This document shows, one piece after another, positions 12,639-24,600 of a DNA stretch of 64,000 bases. Location of the stretch: positions 46,293,847 to 46,357,846 of the forward strand of contig CP154954.1 in assembly GCA_039621445.1 (NCBI GenBank), written 5' to 3'. The first letter of the stretch is position 1; every line of letters begins with the position of its first letter. The notes under the pieces were generated by a model. That model ran no database searches, was not told the origin of the DNA, and saw nothing but the letters and a program-made list of their open reading frames with translations. Origin of the DNA: Euglena gracilis (taxonomy: Eukaryota). The position numbers were made by a program, and so were the translations under genes.

Positions 12639-15600
12639 CGCCGCGGGGCCCAACCCTCCAGCATGTGGTCCCCAAAGCCCAGGGCAAGCCTCGCCGTACA
12701 AATTCCGCCCGCAAACAGCTCCAGCACTTTCATTGGAAAACTTTGGTGCCGAACCTTCAGGAAAATTTTGTTGGGTGGTGCAAACCAAAAACCTCATGGC
12801 GTCCGTTCAAATGCGGTTTCCAGCGCGCTCAACGGGTGTTGCTGCGCTGTCCGAGGCAGAAATGAACACAACCCAAATAGGTTATGTTATTTGCCGGGTC
12901 CTGGACCTGACCACGATTCTCTTAGGTCCTTGGTCACTTGTGCCATTCCGGATTGATTTCTTAACAATCGTGAAAATGCGCTTTAGACAATTTTCAAACC
13001 TGGCCACCTGATGACAACTTTCAACTAAATGCAAGAGCAGAATCTGAAGCACTGCAGCGCTTGAGACCATGCGCCACATAATGTGAGATATTCTTCTCTG
13101 CAATAGAAATGACCTTCTTGAGCACGCCATTCCCCTTCCGAGATTCATTTCCGTTGGGAATCGCTCAAATGCGGCACAGAAGACGTCAGACTGCAAGACA
13201 GCCATACATGCACAGATGCATTCTGACGTCCGTAAAAACGGTTGGTCGTCTCAGCTTTGGTGGGCTCCGCCTGCCACCAACTCATTCTGCAGCTCAGCCT
13301 TTGTCTTGTTGACGAGGAAATGCACAATGGCCTGGTGGGGCCGGGAGGGGGCTCTTGTTGGGCGGATTAATGCAGTGGGAGGGGCCAGGGTTGCAACCCT
13401 CCCATCGCCTAACAACCTGAAATGGAGCAATGCCACCTCAACTTCGACTCCAGCCGAGGTGGCGAAAATGACCCCAACCAATAACACCCACCCACCTCAA
13501 AGAAGAAGGTTGGATGCCACGACACTCATTCATTGGCGAAGATCTGACGGGGATTTGCTCGATTTTCAGAAATTCAACCACCCAAGGAGCCAAGGTAACA
13601 GTGCAGTAAATGAAACGGTCATGTGGGTTGCAGAGGGTGGAGGTCCAAAAGACCTTCGGGATCTTGTCCTGGATGGAGATCTGGATGATGCCGAAGTACG
13701 TGGTGAGCAGCTGCTTGATGACCTCCGTCTCCTTGCGCTGCCGGTCGGTCATGTGGCGCATGTCCTGCCGGATGTGCGACGGCATGTCGCTGAACTGCTG
13801 CTGGGAGGCCGCCGGCTGCGACCCCTGCGTGACAAGAGGATGCCCCTGCCAGGCTTCTTTTTAAGACCCCCGGGGGGTCCCCCCCTGCCCACCCAGGGGG
13901 CGCGGGACCCTCGTGGGGGACCCCCCCCAAAAATCAGGCCCGTTAAAGGCAATTTTCAAAAAATTTCGGCGCTTCGCGCCGAAAAGTTATACCCGGCACC
14001 TCCGGCACGGGACCCCCCTCCCCGGGGGAGGGGTCCGGCCCGGACCCATCCACCCCCCCCGGGGGGTCTTCTGACTTAAAAAGAAGCCTGGCCCCTGCCC
14101 TGACCCCATAAATGGCTTAAACAGGGCGTCGCTTGACGACCCCCAGGCGGGGGGGGGGGGGGGGGGGCGAGCTGGGGGTGCAGGGGGGAGGGGGGGAGGG
14201 CAGAAAATTGCATCGCAGCCCGAAAATCAGCAAATCATGCAGAATAAATTTGACCTTGACCAAAATTTTGACCCGGACAGCACATTCCTGACCCATCAGA
14301 CCCATGGCAACCTTCAAAAAAAAAACTCATCTCTGTCCAGCTCGTCGCTCGGGGGGGGGGGGGTGAAAGAGGTCCACGGCTGGAAATAGACTGCTGACTG
14401 GAAAAAGGTTGTGTCTGGACCCGGCTGTTCCTTTGCTTTTAGCGCAGGTGAAAATGGAACATGAAAACGAGAACCCCAGAGCATGAAGCAACCTGCCTCT
14501 CCCCTGGGGTTGGTAAAAAGGAGCCTGGGTGTCATATTGTGATTGGCTTTATGAAAGTTTATTGAAATTTTGAGCATCTTAACAAATATTATTGAAAGAC
14601 CGCGTCCCAAGACATAGGTCTGCAGGATCACCTCCTCGGTTTTAAATGGTTGGCGTGAAAGCAGAAGGCACCCCGAGGGCCTTCGGATCCAGTTTGGGCC
14701 CCAGCCCCAAACCCAGGCAAATTTCCCAGTGAAAGTGGTCATTTTCGAACCTAAGGTGCCTTCGGCGCCAGGGGAGGGGGAGCTTTAGCAGCACCCACCC
14801 GACCCCGGGGTCAAAAGTTCCGACTTGCCCATAGCTTAAAAAGGAGCCTGAATGCACTCAACCCCCTCCTTTCTCCAAATTTCTCACATTCGCATGTCCT
14901 CCCTAAAAAAAAATGCCACCCTCCGTACAATTTGGAAGATAGGCTGGCCTGTGGGAGACTTTGGGGGGGGGGGCATCCATTTCATCTGAAATACCTGTGG
15001 CAAAAGCACCACAATGGCTCTTGTTGTATAATTCCTTCATATCATACAGAAAAAAATACATTTTTCCTCATTTGCTCCCTCAACAATTAACAATGAACAT
15101 AGAAATAAAACAAACCACCATCTACAGCAAAACAGGCAATACTATAGAACAAAAGAACGGGCACACGAACCCTTCGGTCAACTTGTTGGGGGTCTCCACC
15201 CGGATTCTGGCCCTGGTGCGGCGACACCTACCGAGACAAAGATTTGTGAAGCACACCCAGTGGCTTCTGGAACCTTTCTGACAATTGTAGAGTTTTCAGG
15301 CCGAGGAATGTTCATTACATCTTCCCAGACAGAGAGCATCTCAGGAGGCAGCTTATGATATTGAGGTGCCTGCCCAAATAATCTGAATCATTTTGGACCA
15401 ATTCAAATGTGTTTCACAATTCAAATAATAATAAAAACCTTTGGATCTCCACGGTCCTGCAACCGGGTAGCCCACACGCCTGCCAATTTACTAGCTTCCG
15501 GATTTACAACTATTACTGTTATTAATGTTATTTTGTGTTATTATTAATGTTATTTTGACTCCTTTCAAACGACTTGGAAATTCAAAAAACAAACAAGCGC

Positions 15601-18600
15601 TGAGGCATGTGCCAGATGGATCAGAACAAAAACAACAGCCTCCCTGCGCAAAAACAATGCATTTTAGGGGTTCACCACAAAGGCACACTGGCGGCTGGGG
15701 CAGCGGCTGGAACTGCATCTGGTCAAACACCGAGCCCCCTCCGTAGAAGTGGGGGTGGTTGGTGTTGATGTACGCCAGCTCGATCTTGATGATGTTCGAG
15801 ATGAACTCCCGCAGCGGGTTCATGTACTCGCGCCGCCAGGGCTGAATGCGCCGGGCCAAGAACCCAATGATTCCCACCAAGATTGGAGCAAACCCGGCTC
15901 AAACAGTGGTTTCATTGTTGGTGGCCCCCCCCCGGGATAACAACCATAACCAAAAACCTAATAACCATAACCATAATAAACCATAAGTTATAATAACCAT
16001 AAAATAACCATAACCAAAGTGCAGTATCATACCCCCCAAAGAGAAGAGTCTCCTTGACTAAAAATCGGACCTGTGCCCAATAAAAGCCCCCACCTGGAAA
16101 TAGAAACCTGGCAGGGCTTCTATTCAGGCAGGGTTGGTTATCCCCCCGGGAGATTGACCCAGGTCAAATTGGGCCCAACAGTCAGGGGTCACTTTCCCCA
16201 TGCTTGGGCACACAAGGCATTCCTGCGGGAAAAAAAATCCTGGTGGTGCTTTCTTCAACGTAGAAAAAAAATTGGGGGTTCAGGTTGGGCCCAACAGCCC
16301 AGGGGGGTCAATAAGCAGCGGGGGTCAGTATCCCGGGGGGATTGACCCCGGAAAACCATGGGAAGAAAAGCCAATAACGAATGTGGGGGCAACCCCCCCT
16401 GTTTTATTCAGACAATACAGCAAAATGGTCGCGTGGTCTTCAATGAAAAAAAAAGTGAAACCCGAAGCAAAAAAAAACGTAAAAATTCCTCAATAATTCT
16501 GCACACTGTGGAGAATGTGTAAAGAGGGAATGCCCAAACTTTGGGCGATAACAAAAAAACTGCGGCATTCAGTGCTGTCCGCAACAGCTTCAAAACCTGT
16601 TCGTTGACTCTCGCCCTCAAAGTGGGGTACCTGCACAATAGTAAAAGAAAAAGACAGTTATTTTGTCCCATTCACTGACAAAAATTCCAATTCAGCTTCA
16701 TGGATGGACCAATAACATTCCAACAGAGTCAGATGTCATAAAGGGGAAAGGAGATCAGGATCGGGATCACAAAGTCCAGATTAGGACTCCTCCATTCTCA
16801 TTACCCACTTTGAGGGGCGAGGGTATTGCCCTGTGGGGTGCTTCAGATTCCCTCTGAAGACCTGCTTTTCAAAGGGTTCAGGGATGACCACCCACAATCT
16901 CACCCTCTGAATTGGAATACCCAAATACCTTTCCGCTGACTGGCCTGAAGTTTTGCATGCCCAAATAACCTTGCAGAGTGGAAATGCCCCCCTTCGAAAA
17001 ATGATGCACCTTCTTAGGAATCAGGAGGCAAATAAATGCAAAAAAAACATACAAAATGCTTCAATGATTTTCGTTGTCCAATTACAAAAATACATGTTTG
17101 TCAGTGGACACCCATAAACGCCCATACACACCCATAAACACCCATAAAAAGCCTTGAGTGCAAGTTACGATGCCTGAGCGGGTGTCGTAACATGTGTTTA
17201 TGTGTTTATGGGCATTATTGTCGATTGTGGGTGTATAAAAACTTGCATTTGATCACAAATTGCTTTTAGGAAATGTGAGAAATCACTCGATCAATGGTTT
17301 CGGGTACTGCCCATATAGCTTTGCGGGGGTCGGGGCCAAAAAGGTCGGTCCACTAACTTTGCAGGGGGCAAATTATTTGTGGGGGGGTGCTGAGCTGGAG
17401 GGAATCAGCCACTGGTGAATGTTTCCATGCACCAATGGCAAAAGCAAGGAGATTAAAAACACAACGCTGCGACACCTCGGGCTGCGGTTTTCTGATTTTG
17501 GATTGAAACTTTACGATTATATTCAATCCACAGAAAAGAAAATGTGTGGAGCCCTTGCATTGGGCAGCAACACAACCTTTGGACTATATGTGTTGCTAAA
17601 GAGTGCAAAGGCTTTCTTGAAGGCCACAGGGGGTCCAGCTGGCCAGCTGGAAGAGGTGCTGGCTTTTTGAGGTCTTGGCTGACATCAACAGTCTCGACGA
17701 AATGATATCCCCCAAATACACTTCGGGATGCTGCCAAAGACACCCACCCACCAGAATCAAAGAATCAACGGCTCAAGGCGGGAAAAAAAAGTGTGCCAAT
17801 GTTCCGAGCGGGAGGGGGTTCCACCCTCTGACACCACCGGCCACCTGACGAGCCCAGGCAGCAGCGACGTTCCAGGGAGTGAGTGGGTTGGAGGGAGGTT
17901 TCGAAACAGATGTCGGGGGCAGGGGCGTGTACCTCGCCAGCTCCTTCTCGGAGGACTCGCAGATTTTCAGCAGCTCGTCAAATACGTGATCGCAGCACTT
18001 CAGGCACGGTTCTTCCAATCGGGAAACTGAAAGAAGGGCATTCAAAATTCATTTTCCTGCCATGGGTTCGGGGCTGTGGTTATGCTAACCCGGCCACAGA
18101 TACACTTGGTGGCTCCTGGGGGGGGGGGGCCAAACCCACCAACTCAAAAACCCATCCGGGGTTTTCCCATACAGGGGTCAAGGAAATGGATGATGCTGCC
18201 CCAAAAAAAAAAAAGAAAAAAAAAAAAAAAAAACACAAAAAAAAAAAATGTGATTGGGGTCTTTCTGATTCCAACCAAATGATGCGGGAAGGTGATGCTT
18301 TGTCTTGAGATGCTTTGGTTTCGCAGACGATGCGGAAGATGATACACATAATAAACACAATAAATATAAAACAAAACAAAAACAAAATAACAGTAAAACA
18401 TAAAACAAATGGTCGCTCACCACCATTTATGTGCTTGCCAGTTGTCAGAATTGTCCATCGGACAAGACAACCGAAATATTCCAAAGGAAAATCGATTGTG
18501 AGATGGGTCTTTCTGAGTCCGAGGCAGGGGGGGAACACAACATGGACCCTCAAAAAAACGCGACGCAAAAAAAAAAAAAAAAGGGGAGGAGGAGAATTTT

Positions 18601-21600
18601 GTGAATAACAAAAAATACTGGAGGAAAAAAAAAAAAGTAGGGGAAAGGAGAAAAAAGAAAAGGAAACAAAAAAGGAAAAAAAGAAAGAAAAAAGAAAAGA
18701 AAGAAAAATGGAATAGAAGAAACGGGAAAAAATGCAAAAAAAACACAACAAAAAAAAACGAAAATCGCCCATGAAATCCTTTAGAAGCTCCCCCGGGATA
18801 TCCACTTTTCTACTGGAGAGGACTTAGAAAAATTTCAGCTCTGCAATGAAAATAAGCATTTTGTTGACCAAAAAAACACAAAAAATGACAAAAAATTGAC
18901 AATTTTTTTGGCTTTCAGGGAAAATAGGGGGTAAAAACGAGGACTTTTTCTCATTGTCAATTTTTTTTCCAACAAAAAAAAAACAAAAGTCGCCGAAAAT
19001 AACCCGCAAAAAAACCACAAAAGCGATAATTTTGCCAAAATAAAAAACGCAAAAAAAAACGCAAAAAAAAACGCATTTGAGTTTCTTCCCCGTGCTGACC
19101 CAGGGCAACAATCCTTTGTTCTCTGACGTATCTATTGGAGGGGCAGAGCTGCATAAACCTCACAAAAGAACTTCGCAGATCGTGTGTATGCGCATGCGAG
19201 CACGCGCACACCCACGCACCCACAGCCAGCTGGGGAGGCAACCTTGCTGCCGGACCAGCATCTCAAAGGCCTGCTCCGGGATGAAGAGGGCGGAGCGCGG
19301 CCCCTTGGCGTTGTCGATGGTGGTGCGGATGTGCTCGTCCGTCAGCCCCTCGCAGGGCTTGAGGCTCATGATGTACGGCCCGAACGCTGCGCAACGGTCA
19401 GCCCCCGGTGGCCAGTGGCACTGAGTGGGACCCCAACCCGTGCCCCCGTTATGTTGATACCTTTTGGAGAGCTGGTTGGCCTTGGGGTTGCGCAGAAACA
19501 CTTCGTTTTTTTTGTTTGAAAAGCACGACATTAGGCGCTGTCGCTGGCACAGAAGGTATTTCACAAAAAACATCAGGTATTTTCAACAAAAACACTTCCA
19601 TGCGATGGAGTTGCACTGTTTTGTACAGGCAAAGATGGGCAGCTGATTTTCACTCATGCCGCTGTACGGGCTTTCCATTGGGGGAGACCATGCCGCCCTC
19701 CCCTTGCCGCCCCCCCACCTGCGCCCCATAACGATCAGACGGACGAAACAGCCCCCAGCAAGCCGAACAGGCCCCACCACCCCCGCATCAGAGGCACCGT
19801 CCTGAAAAACACGCAGCAAAACCCCACACCCCAATATGCTTTGCCGTTGAATCCGATCTCACGCTTGCCCCTTCCGACAGGCTAGAAGCACACACCCCAG
19901 CTCAGACCACACGAATCAATACTGATCTTGGACCCCCGAAAGATCACTGCCAACCGAATGCCGCACATCCTTCCAGAAATTTCTTCAATGCCATCTTTTT
20001 TGATATTTTACCTTTTCATTCCCCGCAAGAGACGTATCATGAAAGACAGCACAAACCCTATCTTTCCGCTCCCGCTGGGGAATCCTGAAAAAAACAGGGC
20101 CTCCTCTCTCGCCGGGCCTGTTTCCTGAAAAAGTTCAATACATGGGTTTTTTATTCTTTTGCTTCGTCAGGTTCAGCCAACCCTAATCGAACCCCTGACC
20201 CAACCCCGACATCACCTGCGCCTGGACTTCCACTCAAACGCAGCAAACCCCTAATGCAATTTGGGGTGCCTTAAACGGGAACTCCCTCAACAGCCCATTT
20301 TTTTAATATCACTCGGACTGGTGTTTCTTTACCCCCATGTGTGTACACTGCCAAACCCGAATAATTCAGCCCGCAGAAAAATTCCTTCCAGAAATTTTTC
20401 AAAATGGACTGAAAAATTTTGGGTAGTTCCCTCCAGGGGGGAGGAAACCCACAAAGATTTGGGTATGTCAATGAAAAGAAACAACAACAAACAACTACAA
20501 ACAACAGATGGCATGCCATCGAATAAAAATACAGGGCCTGAAAAAAATGTCTCAAAAATCTCGGGCCTTTCCTGAAAAATTTCCAGAAATACATGGGTTA
20601 TTTTTTGCCTGCCCAGTATTTCTGAGCCAATTTTTGTTCATACCCAATCCCACCCCTGGAGAGAGTTCCAAAAACCTGAAACCCCTGACATTATCAACCT
20701 GCAAGAGCCTGGGCTTGCATCCTCAGCCCATAATTGTGCACTCCCCTGAATGCAATTTCAGGGGTGCCTTAAAGCTGAACTCCCTCAATGAAAACCAGAA
20801 GTTCTTATCCCATCGTTTTCGAGACATTCGGATCAACTGGTGTTTCCTTTACCCCAAAAAGCAGGTTGTGTATACATGTGTGTACACGCGGGCGAACTAA
20901 CGCACACCTCCTCACACATGCAAGTGGGAAAGGTCCATTTTTGTGTTAAAAAAATGTTAGGAAAAAAAATGAAATGAAGCAAAGAAATTCAAATGGAAAA
21001 ATTGTCGTTGTTTTTAAACCTTGTAGCATTATATGTCTCCCTGACTGTCTCACAGAAATTTGTTTTAATAAATGAAGTGACTTTTTTTGCTGCCAGGCAA
21101 ATGTTTGCCGCTTTCAGGTGTATTTCCCCCCCGCAATTCAGCAGTGATACAGCATGTGTGCCTTTCCACACCATAAAACCCCCAAAATAAGACCCCAGGT
21201 CCATTTCATGGGTCGGTTGCTGGAAAGCCTGAGGGTGGGGGGGTCTTATTTGTTTTAATTACTTTTTTATGGGGGTCCATTTTATGGATTTTTGCTGGAA
21301 AAATTCTCGACCCCCCAAAATGTCCAAAAATGCACCCCAAAATACCAATTTTCGAAAAATTTGGCGCTTCGCGCCAGACACGCCAGACAGAGACAAATAG
21401 GGGGAAAATATGCTGAATTTTGTAAAAACTGTCCCAAAATGGCAGATTTATCCCCCCCCCAAAAATGTCCCATTTATCAAAATCCGGCGCTTTGTGCCAG
21501 CAGGGGACCACGTTTCCTAAAAGAGATTTGTTGTCATATGCTGTTAGTTAATGTTTGCAACATAATCTATTCATCAAATAATACATTATGGCATTTTAGA

Positions 21601-24600
21601 TAGTTTTTTTGTGCTAACCACCCCTGGTTGTTTTCCTTGGAGGATGCACCAAAACCAAAACCAAAAAAGATGCATCAAAAGATGCACCACTTTTCACGCA
21701 TTTTCATTGAAAAGAGGGGGCAAAGTTATTTGGATTGATCTTCTTCAGCTTTCCCCCGAAAAGTTATTTGGCCAGGGGATTTCTTAAGCCGGACCCCTCC
21801 CCCTGGGGGTCCAGGCAGCCGACACCTTTTTCCAGCCAGCACCGGGCTGCGACCCCCCAGGTCGAGCGGTTAAAAGTTTTCGCAGCCGGTCTCTACCAAA
21901 AAATTCCGGCACGAAGTGCCAAAATTCTTGAAAAAGTGGTCAAAATTGCCAAAAAAATGGCCATTTTTGGTGCGTTTTTTTGGGGGGGTTCACGTCAAAA
22001 AATTAGCTGAAAAATGCATGATCCTGACCAGGCTTTTGCTTAAGGGATTGCAGTACCCCTCCCGGGGGGGGGGGGCTGGACTGCAGCTAGTCCAAATTTG
22101 GCTCGTGGAATTTCTAGCAGACCCCCCGGGGGGGGGTCTGCTAGCAGGGCTAGCTAGTGGAATTTTTTTTCCAATGACCGGCGCGAAGTGCTGAAAATTT
22201 TTTTGGGACCCCCGAAAATGGCTAAAAATGCCCGTTTTTGGCCTTTTTTGGGAATTTTTGGAACAAAATCGGCCAAAAACCTATTAAAAACCACAATTTT
22301 CCTCCGCGCACAGCGCCGGAGGAATTTTTTTTTTCCAGTTCGGGGGACCCCCGGCCCCCCCCCCCCCCCCGGGGTCTAGCTAGTCCCCTTTTTCCAGTGT
22401 CTTGCCGATTGGCTAGCCAGTACCCCCCTCCCCCAGGGGGTCCTTAAGCAAAAGCCTGATCCTGACCCCTTGCAAAGTTATTTGGGCAGTACCGGCCAGG
22501 GGGGTTGCTATTTTTGGGGGGTCCATTTTGTGGGGGGGTCTTATTTGGGGGGTTTATGATTTATTGGAGGGGAGGGCGCGGGTGGCTTTGGTTGCGACAA
22601 AATGGAGGAGAAAAAAAAATGGGTGAAAGCATCCAAAAATGGTATGAACCCCCCGAAATAACTTTAGAGCACTGCGTGCCCAAAAAAAGGGAATATCTCA
22701 AGGACCCTGCAGGGGAGGGGTCCAACCGGCTGGCTGGAAAAAGGCGCTGACTGGACCCCCCGGGGGGTCTAGGGAGGGAGGTGGTTCGACCAAAAAAAAA
22801 AAATAGGCAAAACAGCCCAAATCCTGCTGGGATCAAAAGGATCGGTCCACTAACTTTCCAGGGGACAAATTGTTTTGGGGGGATTAGGAATATTTGTGGT
22901 GTTTCCTTTTTTCAGTATTTAATATAAACATAAAATTTTGGGCAAGAAAAGCTTGAGAAGCAAGAGATAAAATTTTTTTTCAGATTGAACCAACTTTAAA
23001 AAAAATATCCACAATCAATGGTTGTTTCTATATGGAGGCTTTTCATCATCACTGGCGGCCTTCTTTTGGAAGTAACCCCCCAAAAAGTGCGCAGTGCCCT
23101 AATTATGCGCAGTGCCCTAACCCCCCCCCCTCAAAAATAAGACCCGGGTCTTATTTTTGGGTCCTTTGCTGGAGACCTCCAGGGGGGGGGGTCTTATTTT
23201 TGGATTTTTTCTTGACCGACCCGGGCCCGAAAAAAAGGTCATTTTTCAGGTTCCCAAAAGCATCAAAAATTTTCCTTCGGTGCTGCGCGCCATGTGAAAA
23301 TTGGTGTGAGTTGACATTTAGCATTTTTTTTGCACCCCAAAGATCAGAATTTTTTGAATTTTCTTCATTTTTGTGTGTGAAATTGAGGTTTTTGGTATTT
23401 TTTCAGGGTAAATTTTCACTATCTCCGCCGTCAGGGGGGGTCTTATTTGGGGGGGTCTTATTTTTGGATTTTTGCTCAATTGGCCCAGGGGAGTCTTATT
23501 TTGGGGGGGGGGTCTTATTTTTTGGGGGTTTAATAAATGCGCACCCCCCAAGGGTCCGAAATTACCTCTCTAAAAAGTGCGCACCCCCCCCCAAAGGAGA
23601 AATCACTGTTACGTCTCAGGTTGGAAAGCACACATTATTCTCAGAACTGTCCCACCCAAACCAAATACTTCCATCCTCGAAGCCCAAATTTGACACATAA
23701 TCACTTGACTCATTGCTTTACATCACAAGAAGGTGAGAAACTAAGAAAGAGTGGTGGAAAATTACACATTTTATGCTTTGTCTTTACAAGTGCGCCTTGG
23801 GGTCCGAAACAACGTCCTTAAAATGCGCGCACCCGTACACTTATTAGGGGGTAGGTTAGGAAAGCATATGCCCCCTCTATGCCGCCAGTTGCCCCTTAAG
23901 AAGAAAATGTGTTGGAAGGTGTGCAGTGCTTTGTTTCTGGAAGTTATTAGCACAATCCACAGAGAAAAAAAATAAGCAAAATAGGATGAAAGAAACGGTT
24001 GGAAAAATTGCATCTATTTAAAATTGGTTGAATTAAATTGAAGCCATCTTTAATTGCATGAAAATAAAAATGCACTAATGCATTGTTCTCCTTTTTAACT
24101 GTCTTTTGCTGTGGCTCAATCCATCTGTATTTTACGAGGTGAGCATGGCATCTTCCAAAATATAAAAAGACAGATGTGAGAAAAAATACCAGCGTAACAG
24201 AATACCATCATGGCAAGTGGAATCTGGCACATGGCATAAACACTTTCCAACAGAAATTGTGTTTTGCTTGATTTTTTTTGTTTCAAGAATTTCAAGTGAT
24301 TGTCACTTGCATAAAATATTTAAACTCAAAGCTTGACCTCAAAACAAATTTGCCAGCTCCTCCAGGCTGTTTTTTTACAATTTCAGGACACTTTGCACAT
24401 GTATTTTCTTTGGAATGTGCTGACTCATTCATTCGAGTCAATCTTTTTTTTGTTTTTTCGAAGATCGCGGGGTGTCCATTTGGGGGGGGGGGATGCAGCT
24501 TTTGTGTGGGGGGGGATTGTCATACTGGGGATCACCCCTGACAGCTTGAGGTCCAATTTCGACTGCCAAAAGAACAGCAAAAAAATGCTGGAAACCGCTG

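Noticed and set aside
18080-19111. Phe/Lys-rich ORFs (also 1480-1965 and 39865-40469)
   Set aside because: A-rich interiors of a repeated MITE-like family, not coding.
19720-19802. AG/GT-bounded segment (DGASDAG...[11 protein letters not shown]) as the missing dynamin exon
   Set aside because: Lacks GGAR and IF, and its 83-nt length does not preserve phase 1/1.
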